Shown piece by piece: positions 27,480 through 42,143 of a DNA stretch of 64,000 nt (positions are counted from its first letter, which is position 1; each line of letters begins with the position of its first letter). The notes beneath the pieces are model-generated. The model saw nothing but the letters and a program-made list of their open reading frames with translations. It did not search any database and was not told the DNA's origin. Origin of the DNA: Octopus vulgaris (taxonomy: Eukaryota). The DNA is taken from assembly GCA_951406725.2 (NCBI GenBank), contig OX597826.1, positions 15,314,001-15,378,000 on the forward strand, read 5' to 3'. The position numbers and the translations under genes were made by a program.

Positions 27480-28380
27480 GAGGCTTCCCTAAATCCTTCG
27501 TGCTATTATTTAGCCTTATCTTTTCATTTGTTAACTGAAAGGAAACATTCAGGTTAGCCATTGCACACTTCAGATCATAGCTTCTTCCAAATATCGATGA
27601 TGTAGTTCTGCATTACTTTGTCAATGGATGCTTTGATATTATCTGTGGATTTCATAATATGGTAGTTCTTCCAAAAGTTCTTGATACACTGTTATCTTGG
27701 TCCACTGTTTTACTCAGCAAGTTGTTTGAAGGTAACAGACCTCGATATCAAAGGCGAAGAAAAATACCTTTCGACAGGAATACAGGTTTAATGTATGTTG
27801 ATATTTTAAGTGGATGTCTTGGAGTGTTATCAATCACTATCCATGTTCAGGTTTATGTTTTATGTTTTTTACAATTGGACAAATACATGGCACTAACTAT
27901 TGTGTACAAATTTCTGTTGTTATTCATAATTTCTTGTTTGATTTCCAGACAACAGGAATATACTGCCTATATTGGTTCTCGTGTTTCTGAATGATAAACA
28001 AGCATTGGTCTCAGCCTGAAGCTTCCTGAAGTGTCACTGTTAAGTAATTGTGTTAAATAATTTTTCTGACCTTCAACACCCAAATGCGTCTTTGCTTCCC
28101 AGGAGACAAAAGAGTGAGATTCCTTTTCTACAAATTTCCTGTACATCTACATCAAATAGAAGTTAGAATTAGTATTTGGCTTGCTTAATCATACAGTTTT
28201 AAATCAGTCTTTGTAACCAGTCTGATGGCCGGAAGGTGAAATGTGAATAACTAAACATATGTTGGTAGCTGCCAAAATCATAAATAATTCTCGTACCTTA
28301 TGATTGACGACAATTTTGAATTTTTCGCTTGTACTCACGAAAGATATGTACATAAACACACATATTTAGCACAAGAATGT
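27480..28380 (-). mobile_element. Decayed pogo/Tigger-like transposase remnant
   Basis: GSFRLRPMLVYHSE (compare Tigger GDFKLKPMLIYHSENP) and MDSDNTPRHP (compare LDNAPGHP). Confidence 0.65.
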
Positions 28381-28879
28381 AATTAGGGGTGATGAATGTA
28401 TTATCAAGAGGCTTCCCATTAGATTTTCATCCGCATACAATGCCATTAATCTTTGTGTGGTGGATAAAATAAGTGTCAGTTAATTAATAGGATTATTTAT
28501 CTTCATTGTGAATAGGGACACAAGCCCATTATTTCAGAGAAAAATTTGAACGAGGCATGATAGGCGACAATGTATTTTCCAAGAGCTAAGTCAAGCGAAC
28601 AAATGTCAACCGAGAATTGAAATCAAGTCTCGGTTTCGGTTCCCCAGAATAGTTTTACAATGTCAGCTGGAAGCATGAATAATTACATGGGCGTACGAAT
28701 ACGGAAGTTAGGAAATAGCAGCCAATGTCACCCAGTAATGATGTTCCTTTTTCTTAGATCAGCTCCAGCAGAAATAATCTGGAACTGAACAATGTTATGG
28801 ATTTTCTAAAGAGTGTATAATTCATTAAATAAACTTCAAAATATTACTACTATTTATTTCAATGGATTTTAATATATAT

Positions 28880-29085
28880 TCTTTTCAAAATTTGGCACAA
28901 GTCCAGCAATTTCAAGGTCAAATGGTACGTGTTCTCTCGATCTCGAAAGGTGAGAAGCAAAGCCGACCTTGGTGGAGTATGAACTCAAAACGTAACGGCT
29001 GACGAAATGCCGCAAAAGAAAAACAAAAAACAAAACAAAAAAAAAAACGTTACGCATGCTGACTGTCCTGCCAGCTCGCGGTTTT
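28880..29085 (-). mobile_element. SINE family A, decayed
   Basis: ttttcaaaatttggcacaag tail, ctgccagctcg head. Confidence 0.75.
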
Positions 29086-29311
29086 AAAGAATTTTAATGA
29101 TTCAACAATTAAATTCACTTTTGAAAAAATTTAAACTCAATGTGTAAGGAAAGAAATTAATTACTCAGAATATGTTGACAAACATAAATAATTGTTTAAG
29201 GTTTAGAAAATAAGAACATATGAGGCCATAATTGGAATATAATCCATGTAAGCTTATAATATTACCAATAATCAATCATCGCCCCAAGTGACATGTTTTC
29301 ACTCTGGAGTC

Positions 29312-29386
<75 letters not shown>

Positions 29387-29479
29387 ATCTATCTACCTAT
29401 CTATCTATTTATCCATCTTTCTACCCATCGGTCTGTCTAACAACACACGAATAATCACACATGTATAGACTGTATCTGC

Positions 29480-30360
29480 TCTTGTGATTAAATATCAATG
29501 TGATCCCGATGAGACGAATACAGAAATATCTCTGACGGAAAATTTTTTTGTGTCACTCGTTCGCTAAGACAGTTATATACACGAGTTACAAAAGTAATCG
29601 AGACAAACAAACGTGAATACTTAGAGGAATAGTACCAGAAGTTATCCATCAATCATAAAAGGGACATCAATGCTAGTGAAAGAATGCATTCATTCCCTCT
29701 CGGAATCGGCAGTTATATGAAGGAAATAGCGTTAAAATAAATATTTGTAAATGGTTAGCACCACATCTGTAACGGTACGCTGAATCCATTCCCAAAGCAT
29801 GACTATACTAACAAAAAAAAAAAAAAAAGAAAAAAAGAAAAGTTATGCTCTGAGTCCGGTGGGAGATAAAGGGTTCGATTTTTATGAAGTGTAAAATCAA
29901 AAAGAAACCGTCAATGCTGAGAAATATTGTCTTCAGTTAGAAGCATTTCACAAACTTTTGTAGCGACAGCACCCATCACTTGTCATTCGTATAGAAGTGC
30001 TGCACTTATATGGTAAAGCAATATCATATAAGTGTTGCATGAATATGGTAATGCAATACCATATATCAACCAAGTCACAATGAAAAGAATATGCATTAAA
30101 CATTGAAGTTTGCTTCAGTCGACTTACTATCTTCTTGTTGCCGCATCTCACAATCATCTTTTCAGATCATTGCAACATTATTTAGAGGAAAAACAGTTTA
30201 TTAATTGTGAAAAGGTTGTAAAGGATATTGAGTAATTCATTTCTTCGAAACCTGAAGAATTGAACACCTGAGGGATCAACAGTTTGCCAAATAGATGAGA
30301 TTATGTGATGAATAATGAGGAGAAACATTTTCTTAAGTAAATATATCAATATACCGAAGA
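29480..30360 (+). mobile_element. Decayed mariner (SETMAR-like) transposase remnant
   Basis: FRSLQHYLEEKQF...SSKPEE...GINSLPNR*DYVMNNE matches the mariner C-terminus. Confidence 0.65.
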
Positions 30361-30588
30361 CACTTTTGTTTCTTTCCTGCATACGTAATACGTACAATAT
30401 TGTCTCTGTTACGAGACAGCCTTCACAACGCTTAATAATGAATTTGATAGGAATTATAGTTTACCAGTCACGTTCTTTGATATCTGTACCATTGTTTGCG
30501 TCTATTGATCGTATCATAATATATTTGTATAAGTGAATGTATGTATGTATGTATGTATGTATGTATGTATGTATGTATGTATGTAGGT

Positions 30589-30671
<83 letters not shown>

Positions 30672-31218
30672 TACACATTTGTGTATACACAACCACTCAT
30701 ACACACATATAGTGTGCTACAAAAAAAGACAATGTGATAAATATCAGAAGGCGCAAACAATGATAAAAAATATCAAAGAAGTTGATTGATAAACTATAAG
30801 TCTGATCTAATTCATGATTAAGTGCTGAGAGGGTAGTCTTTTAAATTTATTATAGCTGGTAAATAAAGGTCTGCTACAAAAAATATTGTCAACTATAATA
30901 AAAATACAACTGTAGATAATAAGAAAATTATTGATGAAACCTAAACGTTTACACTTTAGATACAAGTGCTAAATACAATAATAACTAAATGTCTTTTGAC
31001 AATTTCTTCTTCCTCATCTTGCTTATATCTTGTTGCCACTCCATTAATATGAATAGCTAAATAGAAGCTGATGAATGTATACGAACATCAATATATAGGT
31101 AAATAGCATATACACATATATATTTATATATATATGCGTACAATGTTCCTAATAGTCAGTGATTTTCGTCCTTCATCATGAAAACACACTCATTTATCTA
31201 TCTATATGTGTGTGTTTT

Positions 31219-31500
31219 TGGTAGACGGAAACTGAAAGAAGCCCGTCGTATATATGTATGTGCGTGTGTGCGCGCACTTGTAGTTGCGTGTGTCTGTGTG
31301 TGTTTGTCCTTCTGCCAACGCTTGACAACCGCTGCTAATGTGTTTACGTTCCCGTAAATTAACAGTTCGGCATATGTAATGGATAAAATAAGTACCAGGC
31401 TTTTAAAAAATTAGTTCTGGATTCGATACATTCGACTAAAAATTCTTCAAGGCGGTGCCCCAGCATTGCCGCTGTCTAATGATTGAAACAAGTAAAAGGA
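31219..31500 (+). mobile_element. SINE family B, 3' part
   Basis: ttggtagacggaaactgaaagaagcccgtcg ... gaaacaagtaaaagga, homologous to 35724-36150. Confidence 0.85.
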
Positions 31501-31680
31501 TATATTATCCTGACGGTTACCATATTTCCTCATAATTCGGTTTCAGATGCCTGCTAGCCACAACGGTCCTTTTCTGATGCCCGAGTAAACAAGAAGTTAC
31601 TAGGGTCTGGTAACTATTCTGTCTTGGTATATCCGAGTGTCCTATTCAGGACTGCATAGTTTCCGAAAGAGTAAGTAATA

Positions 31681-31890
31681 GTACTAATAATGATAAGGAG
31701 AACGGAGATTTTTCACATCTATAATTTTATTTAGCAGTTATATGCAGCATCCGTTTCTGGACTTAAGCATTGTTTCAACTGCAGTCGATGCAGTTGAAAT
31801 GCATGTAGGTGCAGAATAAGATGCTGCAAATAACTGTCAAATGAAATTATGGATGTGAAAATTCTCTGTTCTCCTTATCATTATTAATAC
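31681..31890. repeat. ~100-bp-arm inverted repeat (Penelope-like 5' inversion)
   Basis: gtactaataatgataaggagaac ... gttctccttatcattattaatac, centred on caactgcagtcgatgcagttg. Retains a GAAA-TGCATG-TA hammerhead half. Followed by (TA)n. Confidence 0.82.
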
Positions 31891-31892
31891 TA

Positions 31893-31934
<42 letters not shown>

Positions 31935-32130
31935 TATTATAATTATAATAGTCATAGATAATATGAGTATGTAGGTCCACAGAGATGGTGTTGTGGATTT
32001 CCACTTCGGCATCTGAATACTAGCAGAGTTTTATCTTGACTATTGAAGTAATTGCAACATATTATTTTATAGATAAATTTCCTCTATTTACATAATATTG
32101 AGGTCTCTTTCTTTCTTTTGTTATCTTACC

Positions 32131-32216
<86 letters not shown>

Positions 32217-32232
32217 AATATATGCATATATA

Positions 32233-32263
<31 letters not shown>

Positions 32264-32521
32264 TTGGAAGAGAAGGCAGAAATGGGCAGATGTGTAAATA
32301 GGTATAGTCGTCTAAACGTGCGCGTATAATTTGTTTGAGATCCTGCTAATATAAAGTCTCATATACTTTCCTCCTTAACCTTGTTTCTGGCTATCTATTA
32401 ATCAAAATATTTACCTATTTCCCTCCCACTCGCTTATTTTCCCACCTTCTTCTTTATCCATCTATTCATCGCTCTGTGTGTGTATGAACACACACACGCG
32501 CACACAACTAAACAAAAAACC

Positions 32522-32561
<40 letters not shown>

Positions 32562-33651
32562 TGTTTATGTGTCTATCTATATAATTCTTTCTCTGAATCT
32601 AAAGGGTCTTGTATGTATATATTATATGTATAAATAGCCTAACGCCTTCTTTCAGAGCAAGACACATCACAAATAACTAGTTATCCTGCTCAAGATATCA
32701 ATTTCCATACAATTCTCTAAACAAGAATTAATGGTTACTTGAATAAAAACATTTGAGAGCAAAGTTGTTCAAGAAACCACAAAGCATAAATAAATGAATA
32801 GTGGGTGGACAGCAAATCCACATTTCACGATAAACTACAATGTGCACTCAACAATTATTCTCTTCTTTTGAAACCAAATATATTGACTTCAGTGGACAAT
32901 TTCTGAGGAGGATACTTCTCAATAGTTTCTTATATATTTGCTGAGAGGAAACTAAACTAAAATTCTCTCACTCTCTCTCTCTTTATTTCTCTCACGCCAC
33001 ACCCACACACACAGACACACGCAAGCACACACACACAAACATACTCTCACATATTTCGGTTTTGTATCTGGTTTACAAGATTCTTTATATGAATTTTTTC
33101 TTGAAAGAAGTTTTGTTGCGTCTAGGGAGGGTCATAATTCAAATGTTATTAACACACACACGGGTTCAATTCCACTCCTTTATTATTAGCCAGTTGATCA
33201 AATACCCAACTAATCGATTGTTTGTTTAATTTTGTTCAACAGTAAGACATTTGTTTTGCTTTTGTTGGTAAAAGCCCGTTCGTGGCTACTCGTAACCTTT
33301 TCAGTGACCTTATTATTTTGTCCGTTACTGAGGCCCCATTTGTTTACCTGAGACCGTGTTGGATGCTTGTATGTGCATGCTAATGTGGGCGTGTGCTTGC
33401 GTATGTATGTGCGTCTGTACGTGTGTATCTATGTGTTTGTGCGATTGTCTGTGTATGTATGTATTTTTATGTGTATTCATGTGTCTGTGTGTGTGTTCTT
33501 GTGTATGTATGTAGGTTTTTCATTGTGTGTGTACTTCTACTTCCCTGTGTGTGCGTGCTTGAGTTTGTCTAAGCGTATGAATTTGTGTGTCATGCACGTG
33601 CGCCTGTTGTGCATGCACTGTGCCTATATGTACTTGTGTGTGTATGCGAGA

Positions 33652-33880
33652 GTGTATACATTGAGGAGACCTCTAGAAGTATAGAGAAGAAGCTAAATAT
33701 TCACTGGAAAGAGTATAATGACAAGAAACAGTTGTCCATGCTCTATCAACATGCCAATGACCAACATGGGGAGCACACTGGGCCGAATTGACATCTGCAT
33801 TTTGTCCAAATACCCAAAGGACCCATCACTGAGACAAACATATGAGTGCGCCCTCATAAATAAAACATTATCCATGCTAA
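33652..33880 (+). mobile_element. Penelope-like GIY-YIG endonuclease fragment
   Basis: VYIEETSRSIEKKLNIHW...SMLYQHANDQH and DPSLRQTYECALINK resemble the PLE motifs YIGETxRxxxxRxxEH ... S.L..H ... RQ..E...I. Contains a stop and a frameshift. Confidence 0.7.
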
Positions 33881-35192
33881 ATAGGAAATACACGTAGAAG
33901 ATAAGAATATACCAATGCAACAAATACCGCCCGTACAGTGTATATATATAGGTACATTCGTAAGTAGGCATTCAAGTAGATGAATTGGTAGGTAAATAGG
34001 TAATTAGATAGGCTTTAGGCGGTTAGGTTAGTTATATAGATTGTTAGTTACTTAGTTAGTTATGTAAGTTGATAGGTTGGAAGATAGACAAGCAAATAAG
34101 TAGATAAGTAGATAAGTAGTTAAGTAGGTGGATAGACAGATGCATGAATACACACATGAGCACACAGAAGAAAACATACATTCATACGCAAGCATATGCC
34201 CGCACTGGTACACACACACTCACGCAACAAGGTCTCAGGCAGACAGTCGCTGCCTCAGTAACGGATTAAGAAGAAAGTCATGAAAGGGCTTTGGCAAACG
34301 TAAACAATGACTTACAGTTGAGCAAAATTAAACAAACAGTCGATTAGATAGTTGCATCTTTAAACAACCAATGAAGGAGAGAAATTGCTTCTCCCTAAAC
34401 ACACCATATATATATAATTGTTATTCTACCAAATATATACGTTAATACCAGTTCGAAGGTAACGCGACTCACGTTTCCAAGATTTGGCAGCACCATGTAT
34501 GTATGAGTGGTCAAGTGTTTGCAGAGATATGAGTTTCTCTTAAATCATTTGACTTGGAGATTCAACGTATAATGAGAAGCAATACTGAAGGCTATGAAAT
34601 TGTTTGAAAATGTGTTCGCATTTCCATTACCTGCTGCATCCGGAATTGGGGTTTAAAAATACAAATTTACAATTATAAAAAAAATACTCGTTTATTACTG
34701 TTCTTATTCTAATTCATGTCTATTGTTCGGAAATCTTTCGTCACACCTCTGTAACCTCCTCAGCGATACTTATCATTTTCATGTGTGCTCTTGCTCTGCT
34801 TATTCCATCCTATTCATCAATGATGTGTATCCTTATATGCATCATAAATATTTATCTAATTTTCTGCATTTTCCTAAAAATATATATTCTGCATTTAATA
34901 ATTAATCCTACTGCTTGCTTAGCAATTTCCCTGGCAAATTTCAAACTGAGTACCACAAATCAATGAAACCCTAAAACTCACCAGTAACAAAATGCTTTCG
35001 TTACCACACACAACAGCAGCTCCATCTTTCTTACCTATTCATAATTTCGTGGACTTAACTATGAACACTTAAGCATGTTTCTTATGGAAACAGCAATGTT
35101 CCATTGCTACGAATTGAACTTCTGACAAAGCTAATAAGCTGACACTGTTTTCTATACGAAATGTAACGTAAAAGATTATCTTTAATCTAGAC

Positions 35193-35488
35193 CAGGGCTG
35201 GCCAACCTGAGGCCCGCGTACCCCGCTTGATACTTTCTTGAAATGGGGTTATTGAAACAAACATTTTAAAAATGTTATCAAAAATTAAAGATTGTAATGA
35301 AAAGTAAAAAAGAAAGATACTACAGTTTTTGCAACGATGATATTTCATGTTGATTCAATGATCATTCATTCATTATTGTAATAATAGCATGAGAAAGCAA
35401 AATGCTTTTAATTCAGTCAGTATACAAGCGGCCCTCAAGAAAACTTTCTGCGATTAAAGTGGCCCGCACTGTAATTGAAGTTGGCCTG
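35193..35488. mobile_element. hAT (Charlie-type) MITE
   Basis: Left TIR CAGGGCTGGCCAAC; right TIR GTTGGCC-TG with a small deletion. 8-bp TSD atctagac / gcctagac fits NTCTAGAN. Internal GGCCCGC motifs. Confidence 0.75.
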
Positions 35489-35641
35489 GCCTAGACTCAG
35501 CATGCAACGTCTACTGTAAGTATCTCAACAGGTACATCTTTCACTGATTAATCAAATTAATTGCAACTCTGAAACTACCTTACTTCCTTTATATCTATGT
35601 ATCTCAACTCATCGCTCTGTCTGTCTGTCTCTCTCTGTACA

Positions 35642-35723
<82 letters not shown>

Positions 35724-35725
<2 letters not shown>

Positions 35726-35940
35726 CTCTTTTACTCTTTTATTTGTTTCAGTCATTTGACTGTGGCCGTGCTGGAGCACCGCCTTTAGTCGAGCAAATCG
35801 ACCCCAGGACTTATTCTTTGTAAGCCTAGTACTTATTTTGTCGGTCTCTTTTGCCGAACCGCTAAGTTACGGCGACGTAAACACACCAGCATCGGTTGTC
35901 AAGCGATGTTGGGGGGACAAACACAGACACACAAACATAC

Positions 35941-35986
<46 letters not shown>

Positions 35987-36150
35987 GACGGGCTTCTTTC
36001 AGTTTCCGTCTACCAAATCCACTCACAAGGCTTTGGTCGACCTGATGCTATAGTAGAATACACCTGCCTAAGGAGCCACGCAGTGGGACTGAACCCGGAA
36101 CCATGTGGTTGGTAAACAAGCTACTTACCACACAGCCACTCCCACGCCAT
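35724..36150 (-). mobile_element. SINE family B, full length, with internal (TA)n
   Basis: Minus-strand head GTGGCTGTGTGGTAAG...CCGGGTTCAGTCCC, CORE-like CCTTAGGCAGGTG, tail AAAAGAGT repeats. Confidence 0.9.
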
Positions 36151-36580
36151 ATGTTTGTAGGTATTTTGGGGAATTATTATAATTTAGGCTAGCATCTCGT
36201 CAACACAACGTAGGTACCTGGTTAACGTAGTATTCCGTTCACAGAGGACACATCGATTAAACTCAAATTCATTATAGAGAGAAGCACTTCACAAATCCAA
36301 GCATTATTTCAGTAGGCATAATATATAGGCACATAATGATATGAGCCTGTGAATGAACAATAATGGTTTTATCTTATTTCATTTTATTGAATATTCTGCT
36401 TCTTTTGCATAACTCCACATGTGATGTAGAATAAAGACCTTGCCTCCTGTTTGCTCTCTCTTCCTATTTCTTTCCTTCTTTACCTTTTCCCCCTTGTATT
36501 TCTTTAAGGAAATATTTTGAAATATTCGGAAACATAAAACAATAGAAGACATAAGGAGTCAAATGTTTTTTAACACTTAC

Positions 36581-36706
36581 TTTTGTTGATATCTTCATAA
36601 TTGGTGCTTCTTTGAGACTGATAAATGTCTGTTATTTTGAAATAAGTTGAGGCATTCCTGTCGTTCATCACATCGTTAAACAACGAGGATAATGGTTGAT
36701 ACACAC
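36581..36706 (-). CDS. iGluR-like gene, coding exon 2 (ATD start): GVYQPLSSLFNDVMNDRNASTYFKITDIYQSQRSTNYEDINK-T
   Basis: Acceptor aaattttcag|GT and donor AAAA|gtaagt. 126 nt, open in phase 1/1, splices in frame to exon 3 (A|CG = Thr). Contains the sequon NAS. Not in the ORF track. Confidence 0.8.
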
Positions 36707-37326
36707 CTGAAAATTTACAGTATATATTGAGTCAAAGCAAACATATCGCAATAGTAAAAACGTCAATTAGTATAAGGATGTTATTAGCTACAACATATTA
36801 ATGACTGTAGTGACGACTGCAAAATGTAATTCAGATTAAGGCAAGTCAAATTTCTGGTAGAATTTTCAAATCTCCTGAAAGCTGTTTCAGTTTAAATACG
36901 TTGGTAATACATGCAATTCGCAGTTTTCTGCTCAAATAAATACATTATACCCTGTGATAAGAAATCTATGTTCTATAAATTGAAATTTCCATTTCATACT
37001 CCAAATAACTATTTGATAGAATTTTCTGCAATCTTTTATAACTGATGCAAATTTTATAATTCGTAGAAATAAATCGAATGAAATATCTATTTCATATATT
37101 TAATGTATTTGATAAATAAATACTTGATAAATATATTTTTCATTAAAATTTATTTGATATCTCTATAGATGATATATATAAGATTTTTAAAGATCTATTT
37201 TGAAAAAAAAAAAATCTATTTGATGAGTATGTGTTTAATAAATGTCATCTTGAAACCGTATCAATGATTTAATAGCTGTTCCAAATTACTGTTAAAGAAA
37301 AACAATATTTGATATTTCACCTTGTT

Positions 37327-37515
37327 AGAATGGCAGGCAAATGCTCAGTGGTACTTCGTTCGTCCTTACGTTCTGAATCCTAATTCTGCCAAGATCGACT
37401 TTGCTTTCATCCTTTCGGTGACGATAAAACAAGTACTATTTGAGTATTAGGGTCGATGTAATCGACTTACCAACTGCATCAAAATTGCTGACCTTGCACC
37501 AAAAACTGGAAGCAA
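37327..37515 (+). mobile_element. SINE family A, partial, with TSD
   Basis: Central domain present. atatttcaccttgtta is repeated on both sides, and a second SINE head starts right after. Confidence 0.8.
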
Positions 37516-37889
37516 TATTTCACCTTGTTAAGGCAGTGATCTGGCAGAATCGTTAGGGAGCTAGTCATGTATCATACTTCATATAAATACATCGTTGAAA
37601 GGTTATTTACTGCGGCATTCGTTGAGAGGTAGCATCTCTTATCAACGTTCCGTGTTTTAACCAGTCTGACATGTAAAAATGTAGTTCTCATGGCAAACTA
37701 TCCTAACAGCGATTTGACCACATCTCACCCCCGCTTCCTGTATTTCATGTTATCAGCACACACACACGCACACATAAGTGTATGTACGCTTGCATGTCTA
37801 TGCATATATGTACGCGTGTGTATGTATACCTGTGTAGAAAACTATAACTAAACGTTAACACAACTATATCTCCGCTATATTTCTTTTCT

Positions 37890-38090
37890 TAAGGCGGTGA
37901 GCTAGCAGAAACGGCAGCAGGCCAGGCGATATGCTTAGCGGTATTTCTGAGTTCAAATTCCGCCGAGGTCGACTTTGCCTTTCATCCTTTCGAGTTCGAT
38001 AAATTAAGTATCAGTTGTGTACTAGGGTGGATATAATCGACTGGCCCCATCCCCTACAATTTCGGCTGCGTGCCTAGAGTAGAAAATAAT
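37890..38090 (+). mobile_element. SINE family A, third tail variant
   Basis: aaggcggtgagctagcagaaac head; tail gtgcctagagtagaaaataat. Confidence 0.85.
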
Positions 38091-39012
38091 ATTTCTGTTC
38101 TTACACACACATGTGCGCACACACACTCAGATATACATATATGTATGTAAGTTTATACACACACACACACAAACACCTACACACACACACACACCTACAT
38201 ACACATATATATGTGGGGAAAATTATATTGTACGCGGCATATGCATTGCTTGCGCAAAAGTATTTCTAAATTACCTTTAATACATATTTGGGAGACTTAC
38301 TGACTTAAATCTAAATGCAGATCTCGCAACTGAAGATTCTCGATTCCAGTCTAGTCGGGTCTCATCAGTCAATAGAATTTTGCAGTTTATCTTGGTCAAA
38401 TTGTTCCTATACTTGTTAACGTTCAGAATAAATACTCCGTAGATGTAGCTTTGCAATTAACGGATGTGGAAAATTATATATTTGATACTTTAAGCACCAG
38501 ACGTGATAGAAGAGAGAATGAGACCCATTGACTTTTGTCATAAATTGCTACATTCAATGTCTGAGGTTACTTAACGTCGAAAATTTTAGCATTTAATTCA
38601 TGAATAATTATATACTACGACAGAAAGATGATTTCACTGATTAAGAGTAGTTCAATATGCTGAAAACCAGCTGTCTCCACTATCCGGTCGTCAGAGACGA
38701 AATTCACTCTAGAACTTGTCTCACTGAATTTGTTTCTGTGGCAGAATTAATCAAATCATAAGCATATCTAGATTGAAGGATGCTAAGATAAAACTTTGCA
38801 TCTCTCAGTCGGTAAATGATTCTCAGGTTTATCACATACCTACATTTGCTTACATGTACACTTTTAGGAAAGTTTATACATACTCGGACGCGATCATGCT
38901 ACGTTTCAATTAATATACATATTTATATAAAAACTCATGCCTACACATGCACACACACACACAGCTTGTTAGTTATGGCATTCTATTTAGCTACTTCTCT
39001 CCTTCTATCCCC

Positions 39013-39100
<88 letters not shown>

Positions 39101-39125
39101 GTCTGTCTGTCAATCTATCTATCTA

Positions 39126-39584
39126 TGGAGGGCTGGGCATGCCGTGGTTAATGATGCGTAGACATGCACTGAGACAGCGACATCTCCGGTGTTTCATAGA
39201 CGACGGTGAACAGGTGTGGTTGCCGTTTGCGAGGCGCGCTTTCTCGCAGCTCGTCTTTGGCCGAACTGGCAGCCGTGGCAGAGACCGAGGCTTGGCGCCT
39301 TGCCCTCAAGCAACTCCGGGACCAAACTTGTGCGACGTCAATTTCACAAACGCGTTCTATAGAGGAGTAGTGGGTGGTAGGTGCGACGACGTTCTCGAGC
39401 AGAATCTGGTCGTCGACGAGGAACACCTGGCCCGCTTGTTCAGGACAACTTTCGGGCCGGGACCTATCGACAATCACCAGAGATTCCTGGCTATCGAGAA
39501 GTATTGCTCGTTCGGGATAACTTCTACAGGCATGGTTCGAGACACACCGGACCGACTTGCCCGAGCTGCGGTCAGAGCGAACTC

Positions 39585-39585
<1 letters not shown>
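39126..39585 (+). mobile_element. L1/Tx1-like LINE ORF2 internal fragment (GC-rich), between (TCTA)n and (TC)n
   Basis: [20 protein letters not shown]...QVWLPF resembles the post-RT GGLG..W region of Tx1-type ORF2. Sharp GC jump relative to the flanks. Confidence 0.65.
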
Positions 39586-39622
<37 letters not shown>

Positions 39623-39703
39623 TCTCTCTCTCTCCCTCTCTCTCTCTCTCTCTATCTATCTATATATCTATCTATCTACCTACCCACCTACCTACCTACC
39701 TAC

Positions 39704-39791
<88 letters not shown>

Positions 39792-40694
39792 AAGTCTGTC
39801 TGCCTGCCTGCCTGTCTGTTTGTTGGTCTGTCTTTCTATCTGCCTGTCTGCCTGTCCGATGTCTATATATGTATGTATATCGCTATCTATCTACCTATCT
39901 ATCTGTCTATTTGTCTATCCATCTCTCTATCTACATTCCAAGTAATCAATCTCCCTTCCTCTCTCTCTCTCTCCATATCTATCTCTCTATCTATCAATAC
40001 ACACACTTCTATACGCGTATATAAATTATATATTGTTGATGTTAATCGCTAATCAAACTTTATAGTTGGTGCCTCTGTTTACTGTTCCTTCATGTGAAAC
40101 ATTGTTTTATCTCGTAGTGTTTAAGAATGAAATGTTCCATGACCAACGGTTGATATATCAGCCACTAAATGTAAACAAGGCTATTATACTCTATTTAGAA
40201 TTCAGGAAGCAGCTGATTCCTAAAAGATGGCTCGTTATATAGTTCCCATCTGCTGCGTAGAAATTCAAAACGCTTCGCTATTGTTAGATTATAGCAAAGC
40301 AATCGGCACCGTTATTTAAAGGGTGACAATACTCTAATCCTTCACTCTCTCTCTTTCTCTCTTTCTCTCTCTCGCTCGCTCCTCATAGACACAACTATGT
40401 ATATACATATTTATATACATGCATAATATACATACAGACATACATATTTATAAACGTCTGTGTATGCATATTTATCCATCTTTAACTCTTTATTTCTCTC
40501 CTCCCCCTCTCTCTTTATATTTGTGCGTGTATGTGTGTGTGTTTGATTGTGTGCATACATATACACAGAAACACACAGACCCATATATATTAAGTAATAT
40601 GTATCGCTCTATGAAATCCAGGTAATTAACTCACAAGCAATCTGGCGTGTATTACATACAGACATTCTTATATACATACATACATACATACATG

Positions 40695-40730
<36 letters not shown>

Positions 40731-40891
40731 TATATATATATATATATATTGTATATGTATGTATGCATATATATGTATATATGCATATGTGTGTGTATGC
40801 GCACAAGTACACGAAGTCTTTGTATGGCTAAACCTATTTATGCGATGATGTATAAAAGAAATATTTCCCACGAATATATAACCATACGCTT

Positions 40892-40946
<55 letters not shown>

Positions 40947-41178
40947 GATAGATAGATACACATACATATACATGTGCGTGAGTGTGTGTGTGAGTGTATG
41001 TCTGTATATAGGTAAATATGTATATGTGCATTTCGTTGGCCAATAAATTTTCTTGCTTCATCTACTTTTACACAACTTCTGTCACATTTATGTGCAATTA
41101 TGCTTTTACTGCACATTTCATAACGTAGCATGAAATATTGTAGAAATTCAAATAGAAATATATAGATCGAACGATCAC

Positions 41179-41293
41179 CAAAGCGGAATGAGAATATATG
41201 CGATCTGTCTGCAGAAAAATAAACAACAAAGCAAACAGCGATAATATAATAGATTGTCGATGTATTAGTGACGGTTACCCAAAACTGGTACAT
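41179..41293 (-). CDS. Ionotropic glutamate receptor-like gene, first coding exon (signal peptide): MYQFWVTVTNTSTIYYIIAVCFVVYFSADRSHIFSFRF-G
   Basis: ATG at 41293-41291. Hydrophobic stretch IYYIIAVCFVVYF. Donor TTTG|GTGATC in phase 1, joining the next exon in frame (G|GT = Gly). FRFGVY sits where the first ATD beta-strand (IRIGAIF-like) is expected. The donor is only moderately strong. Confidence 0.7.
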
Positions 41294-41914
41294 ATTTAGA
41301 GATCTGCTCTTCCAGTAAATGAAATCTTAGATTATTTAGAAATAAAGAAAAATATGTAAATATTCCTTTTGTCAACTATGTCAACGCTTCTTCAAGAAAG
41401 AAGTGATACAAGTGGCTGCTAGAAACTTTTCATCTCGATAAATAATATATATCATCAACAGGATGAGATGGAAGTCATAGTTATTTTGTAAAAGAAATGC
41501 AGATGCAATCAAGGAAAGATGAAGAAAATTCACTCCCCACACACTGCTACACTGGAGCGATTCCACAAAAATATAAAATCCGCAAAAGAAGAAAAAATAA
41601 GAATGAATACGAGGAAAATTATCCATCACTTTCCATGTCATGTTACAGAAAGATTTCGCAAAATTGAGAAACACATTAACTCCCAACACGCAAAAAAAAT
41701 AGAGGAAGAAAATTGCAAAAATGAATATTCTTTTCTTTATGAGTGCCAACCTAAAGTCTGTCGCCATGTTGGTGCACCGCCATTTAGCATCACATATACA
41801 ACTTAAGTCTTTAAATGAGTAACACCAATACCTACTAGTAAAACGTATTTGGTAATTACTTGCCATGAATTTAGAACTGAAAGAAATACATATTGTTGTT
41901 TAAGTAGATAATAG

Positions 41915-42143
41915 GCTATTAGCTGGCAGACACGTTAGCGCACCGGGCGAAATGCTTAGCGAAATTTCGTCTGTCGTTACGTTCTGAGTTTAAATTCCGC
42001 CGATGTCGACTTTGCCTTTCACCTTTTCGGGGTCGATTAAATAAGTACCAGTTACGCACTGGGGTGGATGTAATCAACTTAATCCCTTTGTCTGTCCTTG
42101 TTTGTCCCCTCAATGTTTAGCCCCTTGAGGGCAGTAAAGAAAT
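41915..42143 (+). mobile_element. SINE family A, full length
   Basis: Same head, core and tail as 5768-6003. Confidence 0.9.

Noticed and set aside
38947-40052. Longest ORFs in the track (332 aa and 223 aa)
   Set aside because: A ~460 bp Tx1-like fragment read through stop-free microsatellite on both sides, not a gene.
41381-41866. ORFs immediately upstream of the first coding exon
   Set aside because: No recognisable domain or splice support. Probably a decayed transposon remnant that I could not classify.
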